64,000 nucleotides of DNA, taken from contig NC_045138.2 in the NCBI RefSeq assembly GCF_008831285.2, positions 7,874,001 through 7,938,000 on the forward strand, given 5' to 3'. The DNA comes from Nymphaea colorata. Lineage: Eukaryota. The notes below the pieces were generated by a model. The model did not search any database. It was not told the origin of the DNA and saw only the letters and a program-made list of their open reading frames with translations. Position numbers and translations under genes: made by a program. Below, piece by piece: positions 52,051 through 64,000 of the stretch. The first letter of the stretch is position 1; the number at the start of each line of letters is the position of its first letter.

Positions 52051-54262
52051 CCTTTAAATATTATATTTATAGTCTTTTTTTTAAAACTAACCTTACTAAT
52101 GTAATCTTAAAGATAGGTTGATACACAATATGTAGTATGTTGATTTTTTTTATAAAAACAACTATATTCAAAACATGTTTTATATGAAAATAATTTTCAT
52201 AAATATATTAGGATGTTTATCTGTTATTTAAGAAATTTTTTTAGCAAAATATAAAAGGGTCTGATAATTGTACTTCTGTCTATGGTGAGGCGGTCGTCCA
52301 GTTTAATCGGGCCTGCTTTCTTTCATGTTGTAACCGGCGTTGCAGTATAGCTGAGCTTGAAGCTAGCCCTCAATTGTTTATGGCATTTATGGTTTGTTCC
52401 CATCGATGGGCAAGATTTGGTGTAGCTTATATGAGGCGAGTATGTAGAGTACTCAGAGGACATAAATATGGTAGGTAGGTTTTATGTGCATAATTTTGGA
52501 ATCAAAATGAAAGCCTGAAGGTGCAATCTGTTGCATTCCTTGGAAGCCATATCAGGGTAAAGACTGACTGTGTTGCCTCCATCCTTTAGGTTGTAGAAGT
52601 AGAGAACATGTTAGACATCATCTAACGAGGCCACAGTTGAGGAGGAAATCCTAAATGATTCAGGGGCTCAGTCGTATAACAGTGCAATCTTCGTGACAAT
52701 CTTGGCAGAAAAGCATCCGATGAAAGATGCGAAAGATCATCTTATAATGAAGTACAACCCTATGGTTCCATTCATGCTGTTGGTGGAGGAACATGTTCCT
52801 TCTTTTAGTGTTAATATACAATAAATGGATGCTCTACCTGAATTTCCTATCATGGTGCTGAAGTAGTTTATCTATCAATGGCATTACGACTTAAAGATGT
52901 TATGGTATCTATACGTGGATCTGCAAGCTCCATCTACTATGCTTGACTGCAATAAAGAAGAACCACCGTCCTGGAAAGCTGTGAACAAACAATAAAAGGA
53001 TATATTGGCTAAAGTAACGATATTGCTTGAGAAAGGTATGGGCTTGCAATTAAGCTGGATTCTTGATTATATGCTTGATTTTCTAACTTAGCTAAAAAGC
53101 AAAAGGGAAATTGGTCCTTGGCTACTGGTATATTGTATTTTTGAACAATGAATCCCTTGTGTATCGGATATGTTTCTTTGTGTGTGTGTGTGTAGTGCTC
53201 ACTTGTAAGTCCCTTGAGCTTAGAGCTCATAAAGAATTTTTTGTTACCATGATGACCATTAAGGGGGAGGTACATGATAGAGAAGGTGCCCACAATCGGA
53301 AAGAAGTGTGATTTGGAACTCCAAACTTTGAAACCCATCAAAAATCTTCTATTCAATGAATATCTTATGCCCATATAGAGCTACAGATAAAATTACTTTT
53401 CAGGCAGATATGACGGACTCCAAGAGAAGACTTAGCGGAAGCTAGTCTGTCATGATCAACAAAAGAAAAAGGGAAAAGTGTTTAAAATCAATTCACCTTG
53501 TCATACACTTTTGTCATATTGAGAACCTCCTCTTACACTATCGGTGGGTTGCACTACTTCACGCAGAAACATTAAATCGTCATAGAGCAATCTCTCGTTA
53601 GAAATCTTGCTTGCCCTTTTCCAATAATCTTACTATGAATGTGCCACATGCTTTTTGAAAATAATTACAATCCCAATTTTTCTGTACCAAATTATTCGTT
53701 GTTCTTTGATGTCCATAATCTAGGGATGTGAACAGATTGGATTCAAATGAGATATATACCCTCGACTGTATCCATTTTATTGGATGTTCGAACACTCGAA
53801 TTCAAATTCAGATTCAAATACAAGCAAACAAAAATCATATGAGAATTCGAAATCCGATTTCAAAATCCGAATCCAGTTTTTTATATAAACATCCAAATCC
53901 AAATTTTTAACTGAATTTGGCCAACATTCAAAATGTAAGCGAATTAGATATAAGGTATTTATTTAAACATAAATCCAGTCCAAATCCATATCTAAATCCC
54001 ATAAGATATTTATGTATATCCGAATTCAATCGGATGTCATTTCTCAAATCAGAATCCGATCTTATTTTTTAATCAGATATTCAATTTTTTTCCATATCCA
54101 ATTTTTTAGGAAGGGTTTGGTCGGATATCCCCAATCCAAATCGGATATGTGGACATAGATATATATTTCTTCACTTGATTTCATTGTTTTTTTTATATGT
54201 TCCTGAGTGTGGAGAGAGGGAGAGAAATGGCTGATGTCTTGTGAATCTATATGTTCGTGTGA

Positions 54263-54331
<69 letters not shown>

Positions 54332-54895
54332 AAAGAGCTATTCAATTCTGCTCATTATAAAACACTAGTAAAAACACAAAAATGATCAACTTGATATATA
54401 TTTTGCATCAACTTATACTTAAGGTTATATTGGTAAGGTTAGATTTCAAAAAATCACTTTAAATATCATACTTAATGGGCTTGGTTTTTGTCCCTGGTTT
54501 ATTGGTCTGGCTCCTGCCAATCACTCAGATATTTAGAGAAACTGGAAAAAGCCAGACACTTAGGTCAGGGATAAAACCTAGAACCATTAATTTTTTTAAA
54601 AAATTATTTTAAATAAAACAGAAACATGTTAAGATACTTAGAAAAACTATTTTGATACAAAACATTATTTCTGTTTTATCATTCGGGCTTGTTATTGTTG
54701 TTTAATCTTTCTTAGGATTTCTTTTCGCATGGCATTGAAATGTTTGTAATTTTTTATGCTAAAAATGCTTGTGAAAATTTGTACCATTGGTAATTTCATG
54801 TTTGTGGTGGGTGTGGGATTGTTTTTTTTTTTTTTTTTATAATTAAGATCATTAGGTATGGTGATCACGTGCAGAAGTTATCATATTGTTGTCCG

Positions 54896-54976
54896 CAGTG
54901 GCAGAGTCAGGAAAATTAGTTGGAGGGGTACTCATTTCAAAATACTCATATCTGGAGGGGTACTCGTTTAAAAAAA

Positions 54977-55050
<74 letters not shown>

Positions 55051-55146
55051 TAAATGTTTAAAGATGCCTATCTACAAATAAAAAAAAATGTTAAGAGAAT
55101 GGTGCGGGCAGTTGCCCACACCTGTCACCATGTGGCTCCGCCACTG
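54896..55146. mobile_element. MITE with CAGTGGC(A/G)GAG.C / GGCTCCGCCACTG TIRs; second copy at 60828-61011
   Basis: TIR pair visible; internal poly-A/(TA)n; no clear TSD. Confidence 0.6.
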
Positions 55147-56596
55147 GTCATGGAACTTCCTATAAAATTGCATGATAGAATGCAAGCTGGAACAATAATT
55201 TTTTCAACAGTTAAGAGACAATAACTAATTTTTATACCCCATTGAATCAAACATGAAATATGATGTCTCGATGAAAAATATCAAGTATTCACAGACGTTG
55301 GGGTCATGGAACATGGAACTTTTAGTTCCACCCCACAAATGAACCAGTATTAAATGCCAGAGATTTTAATGCCAAAGATTTTTTTCATCAAACAATCCAA
55401 TGCTACCTTAAACGAGGAAATCAGCTGCCAACACCAATGATTCGAATGCAGTTATACAGCCAGTTCCGTTCGGCCGCGTGCACACACACACACATGAACA
55501 GAGAAATCAGCTGTTTCATTTGGATACAGAACATGAATAGCTGGTGAAGACTTGCTCAACCACATGCACTAAACACCAACTAAATTATAAAATAACACCA
55601 ATATATGATCCATTATCATAAAACACCAACCTGTAGAGTGAACCAAATCTGTGACCAAGGGAAAGAAAGGAATAAAATAATAAAGAAAGCACATGCATGG
55701 AGAACAAGTCCGTTGCTACCTTCATATAAAAAGCTGATTCAACAGTTACAGTCTCGTACAAAGCAACAGACATGCAAAGCATTTTAACGAATCATGGGCA
55801 GCAATTAACATGATTGTGGACAATATAGGCACTCCTTCACTATGATATTCTTCATGATCTGAAAATAGTTTAGCTTTTATTGCAGCAGCAAATAGCGCTG
55901 CTCAGGCTGCAGCTTTATGTCATAAATCTCAATTCACGATCATTTAATCATAAGTTATGATAATTGAGTTTCGACACTGCACGTCAAAGCACTTTTTTTT
56001 GGCATTATCATGTGTATGATGTATTAATCTATTATTAATCCAATCATCAATCATAATATAAATGGCATTTTCAAAATATAGAAGTTCTTTCATGGTATCC
56101 ATAAGCTGCATTTTGGTAGAGTTATACCAGAACAGGTTGCATAGTTGGCCTCCTTTAACACAAAAGCCTAGACAATTTGAATTCAAAATTAATTTGTTCT
56201 TACTATATGTTGTAGCTTCCATCAATGTTTATAATTGAAAGTGGGAATCTCTTTATAGCATTCAACATTACACCAAAAGAACTAAATAGTATATTTCATC
56301 TGATACTTTTTTTTTTCTTTTATTCATCAAATTCCTTTCAATCCCATTTTCAAAATAGTTGGATTTCGAATTCGAGTTATTTTCTTAATATGGCATTGGT
56401 CCTCGCGCTAAGCATTTCAAAAGGGCATCTAAGTATATTGGAACTACAGGCCCGACCCAACGCCCACCTCTACTTCTAAGGGAGCAAAGGGGAAAATGAG
56501 TGTGGCACTGAAGGCTGACATTGTAGGCTGCCCATCCGGAGGACTCTGGGGCTTAGAAGTCGGTAACAGAATTGATACTCACAACAATGGAGCAGA

Positions 56597-56851
56597 CGTA
56601 GATGTGAGCAGGTTTCTGAGGTCAGAGGTGCGACTGACATCGGTGAATTCAAGGTCATGGATGTTGAACTTGAGGAAGTTGGCCATGGCGGGGATCAAGC
56701 TCGATTTTTGGGTGCTTGGAGGCCTGTAGTGTAGGTACCCCCGCTTCCGGTCCTTGCCGGCCGCTCTGTAGAAGTGCTTTTTCTCCACAAACTTCTTTAG
56801 ATCTTTCGTTAGAGCTGCCTTTTGGGATTCCTTCATTGCCAACGTCCAACT
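56597..56851 (-). pseudogene. BCS1-like AAA-ATPase gene fragment, copy 2 (truncated)
   Basis: KRGYLHYRPPSTQKSSLIPAMANFLKFNIHDLE; truncated by a deletion at 56596. Confidence 0.85.
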
Positions 56852-56990
56852 CTGCATGAAATAAGTTGGATGTTGGCAATGGAGGGATCCCAAAAGACAG
56901 CTCTGATCAACGATCAGAAGAATTTTATGGAGAGAAAGCAGTTCTACAGAGCGGTCGATAGGGCCTGGAAGTGGGGATACCTGCTCTACG
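56725..56990 (+). ncRNA. Candidate hairpin RNA (proto-MIRNA/IR-siRNA precursor) from an inverted AAA-ATPase fragment, copy 2
   Basis: Arms 56725-56851 and 56864-56990, 12-nt loop, no indels; 102 Watson-Crick + 14 G:U of 127 positions on the + strand. Expression not shown. Confidence 0.5.
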
Positions 56991-59612
56991 GAAGAAAAAG
57001 TAAAAAGTTAGATCAAAGCTGACATAAAAAGTGAGATTCATGCATGAAACCTCGAACATAATGAAAGTGGTACGACACATGGAGGGTGGACTGCGGGAGT
57101 GGATCTATGGATGAATGCCCCCAAGAGCTACGGGTTCTCTATCATGCCTAGGAATAGTGGTGGTTTCTCGGGTAGATTTTGCACTTTATATATGTATCAC
57201 CAGATTGTTGAATTTCAATTGTTAATAAGATTTCTTTCCTAAAAGAAAAGATTGACAAATTACTTTTTAATCTTACATTTTCCAACTTCTAAAAAGATTT
57301 TTTTTCAATTCATAAATTATGTTTTAACTTTAGCTTTTGATTTCCAATTTTTGGTAAGATTTTTGTCTAGAAGGAAAAGCTTCATAAATTATGTTCTAAT
57401 CTTAGCTTTTGAATTCCAATTTCTAATAAGATTTCACTCCTAAAAGAAATGTTTCATAATTTATCTTTTAGTTTTACCTTTTTTAACTCTGCTATGGAGT
57501 GTACCATAGTTGTTCAACCTATTGGTAGATGTGGTCTTCCATTGTCACATGTGAGATGAAGGGAGAGTTAAAAGCTTAAACAACCAAGTTAAGCCCTTGA
57601 GGACATAAATAAAGGTAAAACTAAAAGGTAATTTATGAATATTTTCATTTAGGAATGAAATCTTATTAAAATTGGAAATGAAAATGTAGGAATAGAACAT
57701 AATTTATGAATCTTTTTATTTTGAAAAGAAATCTTATTAGAACGTTGAAATAAAAAATATAGGATTAAAAACTAATTTATTAATCTTTCATTTAGAAAGG
57801 AAATCTTAGTGACAATTGGAATTCAACAAGCTAGTGGTACATATATAAATTGGAAAATCCACCTCAGGCACTACCACTATTAAAAGCGATGATAGAGAAT
57901 CCCAAGCTTCTTTTGCCATTCATTCATAGATCTACTCAATTCTCCCTCTAAATATTATATTTAAAGTGTTTTATTGAAATCTAACCTTACCAATGTGATC
58001 TTAAGGATAGGTTGATACACAATATGTAGTACATTGATTATTTTTTTATAAAAACAACTATATTCAAAACATGTTTTATATCAAAATAATTTTCATAAAT
58101 ATATTAGGATGTTTATCTGTTAGTTAAGAAAAATTTTTAGCAAAATATAAAAGGGTCTGACAATTGTACTCCTGTCTATAGTGAGGCGGTCGTCTAGTTT
58201 AATCACGACTGGTTTCTTTCATGAAGTAGCGGGTGTTGCAGTATAGCTGAGCTTAAAGCTAGCCCTGAATTTTTTATGGCATTTAAGGTTTGTTCCCATC
58301 GATGGTTAACATAGGTGTAGCTTATATGAGGCGAGTATGCAGACTACTCAGAGCACATAAATATGGTTGGTAGGTTTTATGTGTATAATTTCGGAATCAA
58401 AATGAAAGCCTGAAGCTGCAATCTGTTGGATTCCTTGGAAGCCATATCAGGATAAAGACCGACTGTGTTACCTCCATCCTTTAGGTTGTAGAAGTAGAGA
58501 ACAAGTTAGACATCATCTAACGACGTTACAGTTGAGGAGGAATTCCTAAACGACTCGGGCTCAGTCGTATAACAGTGCAATCTTCAAGACAATCTTGACA
58601 AAAAAGCATCCGATGAAAGATGTGAAAGATCATCTTAAAATGAAATACAACCCTATGGTTCCATTCATGCTGTTGGAGGAGGAACATTTTCCTCTTTTTA
58701 GTTTTAATATATAATAAATGGATGCCCAAAGGAATTTCCTATCATGGTGCTGAAGTAGTTTTTTTATCAAAGGCCTTTTGACTTAAAGATGTTATGGTAT
58801 CTATACGTGGATCTGCAAGTCCCATCTACTATGCTTGACTGCAATAAAGAAGAACCACCGTCCAGGAAAGCTGTGAACTAACAATAAAGGGATATGTTGG
58901 CTAAAGTAGTGATATTGCATGAAAAAGGTATGGGCTTGCAATTAAGCTGGATTCTTGATTATCTGCTTGATTTTCTATCTTAGCTAAAAATCCAAAGAGA
59001 AATTGGTCCTTGGCTACAGGTATATTGTATTTTTGAATATTGAATCCCTTGTGTATCGGATATGTTTCTTTGTGTGTGTGTCTGTAGTGCTCACTTGTAA
59101 GTCCCATGAGCTTAGAGCTCATAAAGAATTTTTTGCTACCATGATGACCATTAAGGGGGAAGTACATGATAGAGAAGGTACGGACAATGGGAAAGACGTG
59201 TGATATGGAACTCCAAACTTTGAAACCCGTCAAAAATCTTCTATTCAATGAATATCTTATGCCCATCTAGAGCTCTAGATAAAATTACTTTCCAGGCAGA
59301 TACGACGGACTCCATGAAAAGACCTAGCGGAAGCTAGTCTGTCCTGTTCAACAAAAGAAAAAGGAAAATGTTTTTAAAATCAATTCACCTTGTTATACAC
59401 TTTTGTCATAATATGAACCTCCTCTTACACTATCGGTGGGTTGCATTACTTCACGCAGAAACATCACATCGTCATGGAGTTATCTCCAGTTAGAAATATC
59501 GCTTGCCCTTTTCCAGTAAACTTTCTATGAATGTGCCACATGCTTTTTGAAAATAATTACTATCCCAATTTTTCTGTACAAAATTATTCGTTGTTCTTTG
59601 ATGTCCATAATC

Positions 59613-60014
59613 TAGGGATGTGAACGGATTCGATTCGGATGAGATATATACCCTCGACTGTATCCATTTTATTGGATGTTCGAACACTCGAATTCAAATT
59701 CAGATTCAAATACGAACAAACAAAAATGATATCCGAATTCGAAATCCGATTTCAAAATCCTAATCCAATTTTTTGTATAAACATCCAAGTCCAAATTTTT
59801 AACTGAAATTTGGCCTACCTTCAAAATGTAAGAGAATTAGATATAAGGTATTTGTTTAAACATAAATCCAATCCGAATTCAATCGGATGTCATTTCTCAA
59901 ATCCGAATCTGATCTTATTTTTTAATCAGATATTAAATTTTTTTCCACATCCAATTTTTTAGGAACGGTTTGGTCGGATATCCCCAATCCAAATCGGATA
60001 TGTTGACATCCCCA
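59613..60014. mobile_element. hAT-like MITE (TAGGGATG...CATCCC(C/T)A) with ATCCGA/TCGGAT subrepeats; family copies at 16965-17379, 31835-32206 and 53721-54156
   Basis: TIRs plus a near-perfect 8-bp TSD CCATAATC / CCTTAATC. Confidence 0.75.
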
Positions 60015-60182
60015 CCTTAATCTTCTTTTTTCTCCTTTCAAATAACGTGATAATTTTATTTGTAAAGAAACTACATAGATATATATTTCTTCACTTGATT
60101 TCATTGTTTTTTTTTTATATGTTCCAGAGTGTGGAGAGGGTGAGAAAGGGCTGATGTCTTTGGAATCGATATGTTTGTGTGT

Positions 60183-60262
<80 letters not shown>

Positions 60263-62344
60263 AGCTATTCATTTCTGCTCATTATAAAACACTAGTAAAG
60301 ACACAAAAATGATCAACTTGATATATATTTTGCATTAACTTATACTTAAGGTTATATTGGTAAGGTCAGATTTCAAAAAATAGCTTTTCATATCATATTT
60401 CATGGGCTTGGTTTTTGTCCCTGGCTAATTGGTCTGGCTCCTGTCAATCACTCAGATATTTAGAGAAACTACGAGAAGCCAGACACTTAGGTCAGCTATA
60501 AAACCTAGACCCTTTATTTTTTCTTAAAAATTATTGCAAATAAAATAGGAACATGTTAAGATACTTAGAAAAACTATTTTGACATAAAACATTATTTCTG
60601 TTTTATCATTTGGGCTTGTTATTGTTGTTTAATCTTTCTTAGGATTTCTTTTCGCATGGCATTGAAATGTGTGTAATTATTTACGCTAAAAATGATTGTG
60701 AAAATTTTGTACCATTGGTAATTTCTTGTTTGTGGCGGGGTGGGATTGGTTTTTTTTTTTTTTATAATTAAGATCATTAGGTATGGTGATCACATGCAGA
60801 AGTTATAAGTTATCATATTGTTGTCTGCAGTGGCAGAGTCAGGAAAATTAGTTGGAGGGGTACTCGTTTAAAAATACTCATATCGGGTGGTACCTATATA
60901 TATATATATATATAAAGATAAATGTTTAAAGATCCCTATCTACAAATAAAAAAATTTTAAGAGAATGGTGCGGGCAGTTGCCCACACCTGTCACATGTGG
61001 CTCCGCCACTGGTCATGGAAGTTAGTATAAAATTGCATGGATGGAATGCTAGCTCGAACAGTAATTTTTTCAACAGTTAAGAGACAATAACTAATTTTTA
61101 TACCCCATTGAATGAAACATGAAAATATGATGTCTGGATGAAAAATATCAAGTATTCCAGACGTTGGGGTTATGGAACATGGAACTTTTAGCTCCACCCC
61201 ACAAATGAACCAGTATTAAATGCCAGACATTTTAATGCCAAAGTTTTTTTTCATCGAACAATCAAATGCTACCTTAAATGAGGAAATCTGCTTCCAGCGA
61301 CACCAATGATTCAAATGCAGTTATACAGCCAGTACCAACCGACCGTGCACACACACACATGAACAGAGAAATCAGCTGTTTCATTTGGTTACAGAACAAG
61401 AATAGCTGGTGAACTTGCTCAACCACATGCACTAAACTCCAATTAAATTATGAAATAACACCATTATATGATCCATTATCATAACACACCAACCTGTAGA
61501 GTGAACCAAATCCATGACCAAGGGAATTAGAGGAATATAATAATAAAGAAAGCCCATGCATGGAGAACAAGTCCGTTGCTACCTTCACATCAAAAAGCTG
61601 ATTCAACAGTTACAGTCTCGTACAAAGCAACATACATGCAAAGAATTTTAACGAATCATGGGCAGCAATGAACATGATCGTGATCAATATTGGCACTCAT
61701 TCACTATGATATTCTTCATGATCTGAAAAGAGTTTAGCTTTTATTGCTGCAGCAGATAGCACAGCTCAGACAGCAGATTTATGTCATAAATCTCAATTCA
61801 CGATCACTTAAATCATAAGTTACGATAATTGAGTTTCGAAACTGCATGTCAAAGCACTTTTTTTTGGCATTCTCATGTGTATGATGTATTAATCTATTAT
61901 TCATCCAATCATCAATCATAATATAAATGGCATTTTCAAAATATAGAAGTTTTTTCTAGGTATCCATAAGCTGCAGTTTGGTGGAGTTCTACCAGATCAG
62001 GTTGAATAGTTGGCCTCCTTTCACACAAAAGCCTAAACAACTTGAATTCAAAATTAATTTGTTCTTACTATATGTTGTAGCTTCCATCAATGGTTATAAT
62101 TAAAAGTGGGAATCTCTTTATAGCATTCAACTGTACACCAAAAGAAGTAAATAGCATATGGCATCTGATACTTTTTTTTTCTTTTATTCATCAAATTCCT
62201 TTCGATCCCATTTTCAAAATAGTTGGATTACCAATTCGAGTTATTTCCTAAGTATGGAATTGGTCCTCATGATAAGCATTTCAAAAGGGCATCTAAGTAT
62301 ATTGGAACAAATGGCCCGACCCAACGCCCACCTCTACTTCTAAG

Positions 62345-62530
62345 GGAGCAAACGGGAAAATGAGAGTGGCACTCAAGGCTGACATTGTAGGCTGCCCATC
62401 CGGAGGTCTCTGGGGCTAAGAAGTTGGTAACAGAATTGATAGTCACAACAATGGAGCAGACCAAGAGATTGACGAGGAGCTGTACAAAGAGGATGGCGTA
62501 GAGCTGCTGGATGAATGTCCATGGAAGGCC
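62345..62530 (-). pseudogene. LIFEGUARD / Bax inhibitor-1 family (TMBIM) fragment; truncated paralog at about 56470-56596
   Basis: Minus strand LPWTFIQQLYAILFVQLLVNLLVCSIVVTINSVTNFL..SGWAAY (cf. LRWAFIRKIYSILS.QLLLT..V...VV). Confidence 0.55.
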
Positions 62531-62580
62531 AACGTTGTGATGTCGATGGTTGTTTCTTCCATCGTGTTAGCACTGCTACC

Positions 62581-62668
<88 letters not shown>

Positions 62669-62669
62669 C

Positions 62670-62710
<41 letters not shown>

Positions 62711-63661
62711 TGAATAAGAATAGAAAATTAAATGATGAGTAGTCACCAAGAAAAAAAATCAACAAAAAAACCATAGAATAGAGAGAGAGAATTCATTAAT
62801 AAGAATAGAAAATTAAATGATGAGTAATCACCAGGAAAAGAAATCAACAAAAAAACCATAGAACAGAGAGAGAGATAGAGAGAGAGTGGAAAACAGGGAA
62901 GACCGCAACCACTGGCTAAGGCAAACCTCAAATGTCTTAGGAAGTCTGCTGATACGGTTATCTCTAAATACCTTGCTGTGGTGCTCTTCCTAGATTCACC
63001 ACAAGCAACTGATAAGCCATGACCCCGCTAGGTGTTACACCAAAGCTGAATAGGGTGATGGGGTGAAAAGAAGGATAAGGCAAACGGTGGAATGGGTAAG
63101 CATGAAGCCAAGCAAAGGAGAGAATGTGGCAGAAGAAAGGATAAATGCCCTTTTATTGATAGAATGGAATAAACACTCAGGAGACAGCGACAACAGCTTT
63201 GTCTTAACTCAAAAAGAAACATTAAGAGAAACATCGATAACACGTTAAGAGTTTTTGGGAGACAGCTACTTTGCTCTCCCAAATTTTGTCTCGCAAGTGT
63301 TTGGCACTGCCGGTCATGAAAAGAACCTTTCCCCAGTTTCATTCTGTGGTCAGACTTTGAACACCATAAGTGCTGATGTTTCAAGTTTTTTTAAAGAATC
63401 ACCAACCAAAGGGAAAAAAATCAGCACGCGGAACTCATTCATACAATTAGAGTTCTAATAGCAGTACAAACTCCATGCTTCTGAAGAGACCGTGGGGTTG
63501 CTCACTGAAATTATCTCCCACATGACCTCCATCGCTGCTACCACCTTGCTCCTCATACATGTGCATGTCGATTTGGTGAAACACGTTGTTCTTTTTTCTT
63601 GAATAATCTTCTTAAATTGTGCTCTGAGGAACTGGCAGAGTTATAAACCCTAAACCATCTG

Positions 63662-63973
63662 TTAGCTCAACAACTTTGTGCAATCAATGTCTTCGATTAC
63701 AAGTATAGATTTGTTCGATGTAGATGTTAGCAGGTTTCTAGGGTCAGAGTTGCGACAGATATCGGTGAATTCAAGGTCATAGATGTCAAACTTGAGGAAG
63801 TTGGCCATGGCGGCGATCAAGCTCGATTTTTGGGTGCTTGGAGGCCTGTAGTGTAGGTACCCCCACTTCCGGTCCTTGCCGGCCACTCTGTAGAAGTGCT
63901 TTCTCTCCACAAACTTCTTTAGATCTTTCGTTAGAGCTGCCTTTTAGGATTCCTTCATTGCCAACGTCCAAGT
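63662..63973 (-). pseudogene. BCS1-like AAA-ATPase gene fragment, copy 3
   Basis: KSSLIAAMANFLKFDIYDLE...SNKSILVIEDIDC. Confidence 0.88.
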
Positions 63974-64000
63974 CTGCATGAAATAAGTTGGATGTTGGCA

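Larger units (their letters stand above)
49808..64000. repeat. Tandem array of a ~6-7 kb unit: copy 1 49808-56596, copy 2 56597-~62870, copy 3 from ~62870 past the window end
   Basis: 50712-56596 aligns with 56597-62461; 49808-50993 aligns with 62870-64000; duplicated ORFs in the track (53009/58901, 53598/59490). Confidence 0.93.

Noticed and set aside
53009..59266. Paired 121-aa ORFs (53009-53374 and 58901-59266)
   Set aside because: Their similarity reflects the tandem duplication; many non-synonymous changes and no known domain.

Overview
Eukaryotic (flowering-plant) nuclear DNA: AT-rich, with many (TA)n/(GA)n microsatellites. Only one gene looks intact, a 9-exon plastid-type 13S-lipoxygenase (LOX2-like, + strand, 36068-44519, 922 aa by my exon assembly) with G-box/TGACG motifs upstream. 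The rest is transposon and pseudogene material. There is a structurally complete but coding-dead Ty1/Copia element (23558-30271, ATCCA TSD) inserted into an 87-bp minisatellite inside a MITE within a local segmental duplication. There are also degenerate Gypsy, Copia and LINE remnants, several MITE families, and fragments of RabE, CCT-alpha, PPR, LIFEGUARD and AAA-ATPase genes. Two things stand out. (1) A 127-bp-arm inverted duplication of an AAA-ATPase gene fragment is repeated three times in a ~6-7 kb tandem array (49808-64000); it shows strand-biased G:U wobbles and covarying base pairs, so it is a candidate young MIRNA/hairpin-siRNA cluster. (2) The Copia leader has a half-tRNA-iMet PBS, a putative LTR-encoded first exon spliced in frame to gag, and, inside that putative intron, a 21-bp repeat array plus four different stems that all carry the same C-CAAA-G loop. 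All alignments were made by eye; no database searches or folding programs were run.
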